DNA from: a bacterium
GTDB taxonomy: Bacteria > UBA8248
Reading direction: 5' to 3'
DNA length: 64,000 nt
NCBI GenBank assembly: GCA_965221165.1
Contig: CBDCRP010000003.1
Location: 544,001 to 608,000 of the forward strand
The translations under genes were made by a program, and so were the position numbers. Positions 28,070-36,329 of the stretch are shown here, one piece after another. The notes under the pieces were generated by a model. The model was given only the letters and a program-made list of their open reading frames with translations, was not told where the DNA came from and made no database searches. How positions within the stretch are numbered: the first letter of the stretch is position 1; the number at the start of each line of letters is the position of its first letter.

Positions 28070-29484
28070 ACCCGAAAAAACTGCTGGAGGGCGTTCGCGT
28101 TGCGAACATCGGAGTGGAGTTGTTCGCGGAAAGCCTCGTTTCGCAGAATGCGCCCGTTGTGCAGGTGGACTGGCGTCCCCCCGCCGGAGGAGACCCGGAC
28201 ATGATCGAACATCTCGACCGGCTGAGCGTTTGCGATGCGGCCAACGATGCCGCGATAGAGCGCCTTCAGGCCGCAAGGCCCGTGTGGGCGGATATAGGCG
28301 TCGCCATCGAGGAGGTACCCGGCATGGGAGAGCGAACCCTCCTGCACTCAGGGCCTCCCATCACCTGGGAGAGAATGTCCGGCCCCCTGCGCGGCGCGAT
28401 GATAGGGGCGGCCCTCTTGGAGGGCTGGGCGAACGATGCGGACGCGGCGGAAAGACTCTGCGCGAGCGGAGAAATCGCTTTTGAGCCCTGCCACCACCAT
28501 TCGGCGGTGGGGCCGATGGCGGGCGTGGTGTCGCCCTCGATGCCCGTGAGCGTCATCGAAAACCGCGCGGCCTCTGAACTCGGGGGCGGCAACAGGGCCT
28601 ATTGCACCTTGAACGAGGGCTTGGGCAAGGTGCTGCGCTACGGCGCGTATTCGCCCGACGTGCTGGCGCGCCTCCGCTGGATGGCGGACGAACTGGCCCC
28701 CGCCCTGCGCGCGGCGCTGCGAGCGACCCCCGAGGGACTCGACGTCAAGAACGTCATCGCGCGCGCCCTGCACATGGGCGATGAGGCGCACAACCGGAAC
28801 CACGCGGCGACCTCCACGGTGGCCCGCGCCCTCATGCCCTACCTCGCGGATTCTGTGAGCGATACGAAGGTGATCTCCCGCGTGGCGGAATTTTTCGCCG
28901 GAAACGATCATTTTTTTCTGAATCTGGCGATGCCAGCCGCCAAGGCGAGCCTCGACACCATGCCGGGGATCGAGGGCTGCTCTTTGGTCTACGCCATGTC
29001 GCGCAACGGAACGGATTTCGGCATCAGAGTGGGCGGCCTGGGAGACGCTTGGTTCACCGCGCCAGCGAAGCACCCGGTCGGCCTGTTCTTCCCGGGCTAT
29101 TCCCAGGAAGACGCAAATCCCGACATCGGCGATTCGGCCATCATGGAGACCTTGGGCGTCGGCGGATTCGCGATGGCCGCAGCGCCCGCCATCGTCGAGT
29201 TCGTGGGAGGCTCGACCGCCGAGGCCTTTCAGGCGACGAACGAGATGTACGGAATCACCTGGGCGAGGAGCCGCGACTATACCCTCCCCGTATTCGATTT
29301 CGCGGGCGTCCCGACCGGAATCGACGTCCGCAAGGTGATCGAGACGGGCATATACCCCAACATCAACACCGGAATCGCCCACCGCGATCCAGGCGTAGGA
29401 CAGATAGGCGCGGGCGTTCTGCGCGCGCCCGAGGAGCCGTTTCAAAAGGCCTTCGAAGCCCTCGCCGAGAAGATGGGCAGGTAG
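28066..29484 (+). CDS. DUF1116 protein (YahG/YlbE, AllG-like), putative carbamoyltransferase subunit
   Basis: GTG start overlapping the fdrA stop (GTGA) after GAGGAG; LLHSGPP, PCHH, GPMAG, LHMGDEAHNRN, RNGTDFG, DIGDSA, INTGIAH, GQIGAG. Confidence 0.9.
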   Translation: MNPKKLLEGVRVANIGVELFAESLVSQNAPVVQVDWRPPAGGDPDMIEHLDRLSVCDAANDAAIERLQAARPVWADIGVAIEEVPGMGERTLLHSGPPITWERMSGPLRGAMIGAALLEGWANDADAAERLCASGEIAFEPCHHHSAVGPMAGVVSPSMPVSVIENRAASELGGGNRAYCTLNEGLGKVLRYGAYSPDVLARLRWMADELAPALRAALRATPEGLDVKNVIARALHMGDEAHNRNHAATSTVARALMPYLADSVSDTKVISRVAEFFAGNDHFFLNLAMPAAKASLDTMPGIEGCSLVYAMSRNGTDFGIRVGGLGDAWFTAPAKHPVGLFFPGYSQEDANPDIGDSAIMETLGVGGFAMAAAPAIVEFVGGSTAEAFQATNEMYGITWARSRDYTLPVFDFAGVPTGIDVRKVIETGIYPNINTGIAHRDPGVGQIGAGVLRAPEEPFQKAFEALAEKMGR

Positions 29485-29578
29485 TAGGGACGGACCCCTT
29501 CTCCGGGTTGTTCCACAGGTCGAGACTTGTCCTTACGGTGAGAGAGCAATAGAGTTGTCATTCCGATATCATTTCCCA

Positions 29579-29733
29579 CCGTCATTCCGGCGAATGCCGG
29601 AATCCAGCGACTTTGCCTTTTGTTTTTCACCGTCATTTCCAACCAATGACGGAGAAAAGGGAATGCCGTAATATCTTCATCTTATCGGTTCTGGTCAACC
29701 TTTCGGTTGCCACCAGCATGCGCCGGAATGACG
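29579..29733. repeat. CGTC-type REP-like doublet
   Basis: CCGTCATTCCGGCGAATGCCGGAATCCAG (29579-29607; 28/29 to the reverse complement of 20602-20630) and inverted partial copy GCATGCGCCGGAATGACG (29716-29733). Confidence 0.8.
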
Positions 29734-29772
29734 AGCAAAGGCGAAGATCGCTCCCCCCCTTGCGGGTCAAAT

Positions 29773-29813
29773 CCTCCCTCTTCGGGGTTGTTGAACAGCC
29801 CCGAGAAGGGAGG
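29773..29813. repeat. Long imperfect hairpin; a related half-copy lies at 29496-29517
   Basis: CCTCCCTCTTCGGGGTTGTT / AACAGCCCCGAGAAGGGAGG. Confidence 0.55.
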
Positions 29814-29958
29814 GTTTGCAATGGGTTTGTAGGGTCAGACATATAGGTCTGCCACTCCCCGTGGTTGTCCCTCCCCGGGCGGACGCGAACCGGACAGGCA
29901 CGGGGCCTTTCTCTACGCAATACCCGCCATCCCCATCTGCTTCCCCCCATCGCCTAGC

Positions 29959-29987
29959 TTGACAGGGAACGGCCCGAGCCATACGAT
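29959..29987 (+). promoter_or_regulatory. Sigma70-type promoter
   Basis: TTGACA-N17-TACGAT. Confidence 0.7.
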
Positions 29988-29993
29988 TTCTCT

Positions 29994-30195
29994 AACTTCA
30001 CAATACAGAACCGGATTCGAGAAAGCTTCCTGCACGAAACCAGGAGGCGCTTGTGATGGATTCACCCTCTCTCCTGCGAAGGCCGTCCTCTCGAAATCCG
30101 TCCGCGCGGTCCGCGGGCGGCAAGCCGTCTTCCACATCGAGTCCAGGGATAAATCGCAGCGCCCCGGCGGATTACCGTCCGGGCGCTTTTCTTTT
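29994..30195 (+). ncRNA. Candidate structured 5' leader RNA (riboswitch/attenuator-like), family not recognised
   Basis: Closing helix 30012-30022/30089-30100 encloses three hairpins and is followed by further hairpins and a terminator; lies between the promoter and the SBP gene. Confidence 0.4.
30158..30195 (+). terminator. Intrinsic terminator upstream of the SBP gene
   Basis: AGCGCCCCGGCGG-ATTA-CCGTCCGGGCGCT followed by TTTCTTTT. Confidence 0.75.
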
Positions 30196-30261
30196 CAAAG
30201 GGGGCCGCAGCGCCCGAAGCCTTCCTCCGGCGATGCGGACCCTTCATTTGGAGGAACAAGA

Positions 30262-31479
30262 ATGAGCGCACGCATGAAACGAGGATTCGCTATTTTTGTG
30301 GGATTGGCGTTCGCCTTGGGCGTCGTTCTTTCGGTCGCGCCCGCCCAGGCGGCGAAGAAGCCGGTCGTCATCGGGGTGGCCATCGCACTCTCAGGAAAAG
30401 TTTCCAAATCCGGGAAACTCACCCTTCGCGGATATGAGATGTGGCAGCGCGAAGTCAACGCGCGAGGCGGGCTGCTCGGCCGCAAGGTGGTGCTCAAGGT
30501 CTACGACGATGAGAGCAACCCCACCACCGGGGCGAAGCTCATCGAACGCCTCATCAACCGCGACAAGGCGGAAATCATCTTCGGCCCGTTCAGCAGTCCG
30601 GTCACCTACGCGACGAGCACCGTCACCGAGAAATACAAGTATCCCATGATCGCAGGCGGCTCGAGCAGTTCCAAGCCGTTCTCCCGGGGCTACAAGTATC
30701 TCTTCCAGGTGATGCGGGTGAACAACGACGCGCTTCTCGGCAACCTCTCCCTCTTGAAGGAAAAGGGCGCCAAGACCATCGCGGTCATCCACTCGGCGAG
30801 CATCTACCCGTCCTCTCTCGCCAAAGGGGTCGTGAAGCTAGGCAAGAAGCTCGGCTTCAAGGTGCTTTCGGTGGACAAGTATCCCCCGAAGACGACGGAC
30901 TTCACCTCGCTCCTCCTCAAGGCGAAGGGGATGAACCCCGACGTGCTCTGCCTGTTCGGCTACTACCCCGACGGGCTGGCCATTTCCAAGCAGGCCAAGG
31001 AGCTGGACGTCAACCCCCGCCACTTGAACGTCATGCTGGGAGCCTCTTATGAAGAGTACGGCTCGAAGAAGGGCGTGGGCCTGGATTCGAATTACGTGAG
31101 CGGCTACACGGGCTGGGAGCCGTTCATGAACACGCCGGGCAACAAGGCGTTCGTGAAGAGATATTTCGATGAGTACAAGGACGACCGCTTCATGGACTCG
31201 CACGTCACCTACGGCTACATCGTCGGCCAGGTGATGGAAAAGGCGGTGAACAAGGTCGGCTCGTTCAATCGGGATAGAATCCGCGACGCGATCGCCGCGA
31301 TGAAGTTCGACAGCCTCATGCCGGGAGAGTTCCGGGTGGACCCGAAGTCCGGCATGCAGATCGGACACGAGTGGGCGGCCTTCCAGTGGCAAAACGGCAA
31401 AAAGGTCATCGTATGGCCGAAGAACGTCGCCACGGGTGAATTCGTCTACCCGACGCCCAAGTGGAGAGCAAGGAACTAG
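30262..31479 (+). CDS. LivK-type (HAAT family) ABC substrate-binding protein
   Basis: GGAGG then ATG; signal peptide; IGVAIALSG, VNARGGLLGRKVVLKVYDDESNP, GPFSS, QWQNG. Confidence 0.9.
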   Translation: MSARMKRGFAIFVGLAFALGVVLSVAPAQAAKKPVVIGVAIALSGKVSKSGKLTLRGYEMWQREVNARGGLLGRKVVLKVYDDESNPTTGAKLIERLINRDKAEIIFGPFSSPVTYATSTVTEKYKYPMIAGGSSSSKPFSRGYKYLFQVMRVNNDALLGNLSLLKEKGAKTIAVIHSASIYPSSLAKGVVKLGKKLGFKVLSVDKYPPKTTDFTSLLLKAKGMNPDVLCLFGYYPDGLAISKQAKELDVNPRHLNVMLGASYEEYGSKKGVGLDSNYVSGYTGWEPFMNTPGNKAFVKRYFDEYKDDRFMDSHVTYGYIVGQVMEKAVNKVGSFNRDRIRDAIAAMKFDSLMPGEFRVDPKSGMQIGHEWAAFQWQNGKKVIVWPKNVATGEFVYPTPKWRARN

Positions 31480-31608
31480 CCTCTTCCCGGAACGAAAAGC
31501 GGAGAGAAGAAACGGTTTCAAGGCGGCGGTTCCGCCTTCCGCTCCGAAGCGGGGGGCGGGCGCCGCCGCCCGGAGGAGCCGCGCCGAATACAAGGGGGAA
31601 CGTGCGCC

Positions 31609-32487
31609 GTGAGCATGGAAATAATGCCGCTAATGTTCACGCAAGCCGTCATCAGCGGCATACTGATGGGCGCGGTCTACGCCCTTCTGGCCTTGGGCCT
31701 CACGATGATCTTCGGCGTCATGCACGTCATCAACATCGCCCACGGCGAGATGCTCATGCTGGGTGCCTATGTGAGCTTCTGGCTCTTTCACCATTTCGGC
31801 TTGAGTCCCCTGCTCTCCATCGTCTTCGCCGCCCCGCTCATGTTCGCCGTCGGGGCGCTTCTCGAAAAGGGCATCATCGAAAGGGTCGTCGAGGACATCG
31901 AGACGAACTCTCTCCTCGTCACCTTCGGCATCTCCATCTGCATCGTGAACATCGCGATATGGCTGTGGACCACCGATTTCAAGGCCATCCCCTACCTCTC
32001 GGGCTCCTGGTTCTACGGCTCGCTGGTGTTTCCGAAACCCCGCGTGGTGGGTGCGGCTCTCGCCCTTTTGCTGACTTCCATCGTCTACTTTTTTCTCAAA
32101 TTCTCCCGGCTCGGGAAGGCCATCCGCGCCACGGCGGGCAGTCACGATCTCGCGGCCACCTGCGGGGTTTACGTGAAGCGCATCTACTTGATCACATTCG
32201 GCCTGGCGAGTGCGATGGGCGGGGCCGCGGGCGTCCTCGCCAGCATCATGTTCGCGATCTATCCCGAGATGGGCGATTCCTTCCTGATGCGCTCGTTCAC
32301 CGTGATCGTGCTCGGGGGAATGGGTCACGTCATGGGCGCGGTGCTCGGCGGAATACTCCTCGGGCTCGCGGAGGGCATAGGCAGCCTCTATCTCAGCGGA
32401 GAAGGCGGGGGGGCCATCTCGTTCGCCATTTTATTGCTCATCCTCATTTTTCGCCCCTCCGGACTCCTGGGCCGAAGGGAGGAATGA
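31609..32487 (+). CDS. livH: Branched-chain amino acid ABC permease, LivH type
   Basis: LGLTMIFGVMHVINIAHGE, GKAIRA, IVLGGMG, RPSGLLG. Confidence 0.88.
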   Translation: MSMEIMPLMFTQAVISGILMGAVYALLALGLTMIFGVMHVINIAHGEMLMLGAYVSFWLFHHFGLSPLLSIVFAAPLMFAVGALLEKGIIERVVEDIETNSLLVTFGISICIVNIAIWLWTTDFKAIPYLSGSWFYGSLVFPKPRVVGAALALLLTSIVYFFLKFSRLGKAIRATAGSHDLAATCGVYVKRIYLITFGLASAMGGAAGVLASIMFAIYPEMGDSFLMRSFTVIVLGGMGHVMGAVLGGILLGLAEGIGSLYLSGEGGGAISFAILLLILIFRPSGLLGRREE

Positions 32488-32493
32488 GCCGAA

Positions 32494-33420
32494 ATGAAGA
32501 AATACGCAATGATAGCCCTCGCCCTGATCGCGCTTTGCCTCTATCCCTACTTCGCGGGGCCGTATTTCATATCCATGGCGCTCCTGATCTTCATGTACAT
32601 CAGCCTGGCGGGAAGCTGGAACATCATTTCCGGTTTCGCAGGGTATATTTCACTCGGACACGCGGTTTTCTTCGGGTTCGGCGCGTATCTGGCGTCCTTG
32701 CAGATAACGAACTTCGGCACGCACTGGCTGCCGGCTTCCCTGCTCGCAGGCTTAGGCGCGTCCTTGCTGGCGGTGCCCGTGGGGGGGCTTTGCCTGCGCC
32801 TTCGGGGGCCGTTTTTCGCCATCTTCATGCTCGGACTGAACGAGTTGATGGCCATCATCGCCTCGGTCTACGACAACATCACGGGCGGCGCAGAGGGACT
32901 TTCCCTGCCGATTCTGCGCCAGATCCTCCCTCTCTACTTTGCCATGGGAATCGTGGCCCTATCGGTGTTTCTCGTGATGCTGTGGCTCGAATCGAGCCGG
33001 TTCGGCCTCCGCCTGCTCGCGATTCGAGAAGACGAGACGGCGGCGGACACGCTGGGGACGAACACGACTCTCTACAAGCTCATCGCCTTCATCATGAGCG
33101 CGTTTTTCCCGGGCGTCGTGGGAGGGATTTACGCCCGCTATATCACCTATATCGATCCCGAGACCGTGTTCAACATCCTGTTCAGCGTCCAGATGGTGCT
33201 CATGTGCATCCTGGGCGGGCGGGGCACGGCGTGGGGCCCCGTCATCGGGGCGACGACCCTGTACCTCATCCTGGAATTCACCTGGGCCAATTTCCCCCAC
33301 TTCCACAAGCTGGCTTCGGGCGCCTTGATCGTCTTGATCATTCTCTACGCTCCCCGGGGGATCATGGGCTTCATCTACGGGAGGGGGATCGCCCGCCTGC
33401 GGCCCTCTTTCAGGAACTGA
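32494..33420 (+). CDS. livM: Branched-chain amino acid ABC permease, LivM type
   Basis: GFAGYISLGHAVFFGFGAY, LRLRGPFFAI, AIREDE, LGGRGTAWGP. Confidence 0.88.
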   Translation: MKKYAMIALALIALCLYPYFAGPYFISMALLIFMYISLAGSWNIISGFAGYISLGHAVFFGFGAYLASLQITNFGTHWLPASLLAGLGASLLAVPVGGLCLRLRGPFFAIFMLGLNELMAIIASVYDNITGGAEGLSLPILRQILPLYFAMGIVALSVFLVMLWLESSRFGLRLLAIREDETAADTLGTNTTLYKLIAFIMSAFFPGVVGGIYARYITYIDPETVFNILFSVQMVLMCILGGRGTAWGPVIGATTLYLILEFTWANFPHFHKLASGALIVLIILYAPRGIMGFIYGRGIARLRPSFRN

Positions 33421-33558
33421 AACGCACCCGCCGCGTCTTGCGGCCCGTAGGTGGTATGATGGGGGAATTTTGGGGGGAAAATAAAGCGCCGGTTGCATGG
33501 TGGCCGGCCACTTGTTCGTTCTTTGGTTTCGTACCGTATTCGAGGAGAGGAATTGATT

Positions 33559-34530
33559 ATGGAATACACCAAATCCGAAGCGAAAGCCTATTGCAGGGAA
33601 CACATGACGGGCGTCTGGACCGCCTTGACGACGCCCTTCACGCCGGAGGGCCAGGTGGACGAGGAGGGCCTGCGCAGACTCGTGAGAACCTGCATCGACG
33701 ATCTCAAGATCGACGGGTTCTTCTGCAACGGGCTGATGGGCGAGTTCTGGTCCCTTTCTCCCGAAGAGCGCAAGCGGGTGCAGCACATCGTCTGCGAGGA
33801 GAGCCGAGGAGGCGCGCAGACCATCCCCCACACGCCGCACATCAACATCGCCGAGGCGGTGGAGCTCACGAAACACGCCGAGGAAGTGGGTGCGGATTAC
33901 GCCATCATGATCAATCCGGTGTACGGAGCGCACGACGACGACGAGATTTTCCTCTACTTCAAGACCATCTGCGATCAGATAGACATCGGCCTCTCGCTGT
34001 TCAATCAGCCCAAGTCGGGAACGACCCTGAGTCCCGAACTCATCGAGCGGCTCTGCACGCTCGAGAACATCTGCTGCATCAAGAACGCCGTCCCCAGCCT
34101 CGCCCACCAGAGCGAGGTGCGCCGCCGCGTGGGGGATGAGATCGTCGTCTGCGACCCGGACGAGGAGCGCTTCCTCGTCAGCCTCACCCATCTGGGAATG
34201 CAGGTGCACATGTCCTCGCCCCTGCCGTACCTGTATCAGGTGCCGGGCTACACGCCGATTCGCGACTACTACGAGGCGGCGATGGCCGGGGACATGGAAA
34301 AGGCCTGGCAGATCAACTATTCGCTCGAGCCTTTGCGCGCGATTCGCAAGAAGTATTTTACGACGGGCCCGAACGGACGCACGACGGCGTACTTAAAAGA
34401 GTGGACGAGACTGCTCGGCCTGCCCGCGGGCGCGCCGCGCCCGCCCGTCGTGCCCCTCACGCAGCGGGAAAAAGACGCGTTCAGAAAAGACCTCGAGGCC
34501 ACCGGCATCCTGGATAAGGTGCAAAGGTAG
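33559..34530 (+). CDS. DapA/N-acetylneuraminate lyase superfamily Schiff-base aldolase (not canonical DHDPS)
   Basis: TPFTPEGQVDEEG, GLMGEFWSLSPEERK, ENICCIKN (Schiff-base Lys), PRPP. Confidence 0.85.
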   Translation: MEYTKSEAKAYCREHMTGVWTALTTPFTPEGQVDEEGLRRLVRTCIDDLKIDGFFCNGLMGEFWSLSPEERKRVQHIVCEESRGGAQTIPHTPHINIAEAVELTKHAEEVGADYAIMINPVYGAHDDDEIFLYFKTICDQIDIGLSLFNQPKSGTTLSPELIERLCTLENICCIKNAVPSLAHQSEVRRRVGDEIVVCDPDEERFLVSLTHLGMQVHMSSPLPYLYQVPGYTPIRDYYEAAMAGDMEKAWQINYSLEPLRAIRKKYFTTGPNGRTTAYLKEWTRLLGLPAGAPRPPVVPLTQREKDAFRKDLEATGILDKVQR

Positions 34531-34849
34531 AACAGCCCCTTCGGGGACCAAAGATTCACTAGGCCCTTCGAAATCACCCCTAACTTGAGACTCATTTGCG
34601 TCCAAGACGCGGGGATTATCGCAGATAACGAAATTTGGTTAAAGCTGATACTGTGTCGCGTCAATCGCGATCAATACAGGAGTAAATTGTTTCGAATATT
34701 TTAGCCCTATGTTGAAACTTTGCAGAAGAAATTAATAGGCAAGAATCGCTACCGCATCTTAGGTATCAAGACATATGCACCTCGGTACGGCCAAGTAGAA
34801 CTAATACAGGTGAGCGAAAAATGTCCCTAAAACCAGTCTTGAATAAATG

Positions 34850-35211
34850 TTATTTGACACAATGTTTAAATTCTTTCCTCGGCCATACAGAATTATTCAC
34901 ATGAGGCCTTATGCGATATAGGAGTGTCACTGGTGGTGTCGGCTTATCTTTGGCTTTAGTTTGTATTTGGAAGCCTGACAACAATAATTGCGCAGATTTT
35001 CCTCGTCCGATAGGTTCACCGTCTGAGAATATTTCAACCGAAACTGAGCCCCTGTCGCAACTCGCCATTGCAGTAATTACTAAACTCTTTCGACCCTGTA
35101 CATAGTACCAATGGCACGCTTCAACTAACATTTTTTTTGCGCCCAAATTGGTGTTACAAAAAATAAAGTCCCTACCAAAAAAGTGACGAGAACGCAAACG
35201 GTCCTGCTCAT
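34850..35211 (-). pseudogene. Small exported protein split by a frameshift at or near an A8 tract
   Basis: GGAGA then ATG at 35211 gives signal peptide MSRTVCVLVTFLVGTLFFVTPIWAQKKC*; the remainder (VEACHWYY...) is in another frame; T8 at 35131-35138 on the + strand. Confidence 0.6.
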
Positions 35212-35419
35212 GTCATCTCCTTTTTTTCGTCAAAATTCATATTTCTCAACTAGATTTAGGAACAAAAATAATGTCTGCAAAACTTAGGACCAACTCAAAA
35301 TGTAATTTAAGAATTGACCTTATAGTATACACATCTATACGCAATTTTTCAAGTTATAAATAATGCGAAGCGGAAGCCGCACAAATATCCCCATGTGGGA
35401 AGTGTAAACCCCTTCACTC

Positions 35420-36295
35420 TTAAGCCGCCTGCCAGATGATCACCACCATGCCGATGAACAACAAGGCGGCGCCCACCGTTTTCTGCCAGGTAATCTCCTC
35501 CTCTCCCTTGAGCCATATCCGGGCCAGCAGCAGGGAGAACAACGGGGCCGTATACACGATGGGGGCGATGATCGATACGTCGCCGTAGCGGTACGCCGTG
35601 AAATGGCAGAAAAAAGAAACCGTGAGAATCGAGCCCGCCAGCGCGAATCCCGTGACGCCCGCCCGGTTGAAGGAGAGCCGCTCATCTCCCGGCAGGAAGG
35701 GATAGAACATGAACAATACGGGGATGGAAATCGCATAAGAAAGCGTGGCCCCCAGCAGCGGTTCGGGCATGAGAGTGAGCGCTTGTTTTCTGATGGATGC
35801 GGCGAAGGCGAACGAGACGGCGTGGGCCATCGGCATGAGGATGAAAATCCTCCGCCAGGGCTTTTCCCCTTCCCTCTTGAGCGCCAGCAGAACGCATCCC
35901 GCAACGACGAAGAGCGTCGCGCCTAACACCACGACGCCCGGTCGCTCGCCGAGCCAGGCCATCGCCACGAGCGTGGAGAAAAAAGGCGTCACCGTGATGA
36001 GCGGCATGGCGCGGCCCACCCCGATATTGCTGATGCTCAGGAACATGAGCGCCTGCGCCATTCCGGGCGCGAGCGCGCCGCCCGCCAGAAACCACAGGGC
36101 GACGGGCAAGGTGAGTTCGCTCCATGAAGAAAAAAAGGCGGAAACGACGACCAGAACCGCCGTCCCGATGCTCAGCGTGACCAGGCTGCCCGTGAAGGCG
36201 CTCGCGTGGCGCATGGTCCGTCGCGCCATGACGCTGAAGACGGCGAACAGCACCGCCGAGGCGAGCGCAAAAAACGAGGCCAGCAAAGGGTTCAA
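35420..36295 (-). CDS. EamA/DMT family transporter (paralog 1)
   Basis: About 10 TM in two repeats; TPFFSTLVAMAWLGE, APLFSLLLARIWLK. Confidence 0.88.
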   Translation of the reverse strand: MNPLLASFFALASAVLFAVFSVMARRTMRHASAFTGSLVTLSIGTAVLVVVSAFFSSWSELTLPVALWFLAGGALAPGMAQALMFLSISNIGVGRAMPLITVTPFFSTLVAMAWLGERPGVVVLGATLFVVAGCVLLALKREGEKPWRRIFILMPMAHAVSFAFAASIRKQALTLMPEPLLGATLSYAISIPVLFMFYPFLPGDERLSFNRAGVTGFALAGSILTVSFFCHFTAYRYGDVSIIAPIVYTAPLFSLLLARIWLKGEEEITWQKTVGAALLFIGMVVIIWQAA

Positions 36296-36329
36296 GGCGT
36301 TCTCCAGGCTGAGGCTTTTTCCATTTCGC

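Noticed and set aside
20602-29607. Composite transposon bounded by 29-bp inverted repeats
   Set aside because: No transposase or target-site duplication; the repeats belong to a dispersed REP-like family
18918-29813. CRISPR array or integron attC sites from the palindromic repeats
   Set aside because: Repeats occur as isolated inverted doublets, not regularly spaced direct repeats; no cas or intI genes
30012-30100. tRNA or 6S/SRP RNA for the cloverleaf-like leader
   Set aside because: No T-loop (TTCRA in position), D-loop or CCA end; no SRP GGAA/AGCAG core; no long end-to-end 6S duplex
31461-34139. 892-aa + strand ORF
   Set aside because: Arg/His/Gly-rich alternative frame over livH, livM and the DapA-like gene; typical high-GC shadow ORF
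33559-34530. dapA (lysine biosynthesis)
   Set aside because: Lacks GTTGE and the catalytic Tyr motif; transporter context
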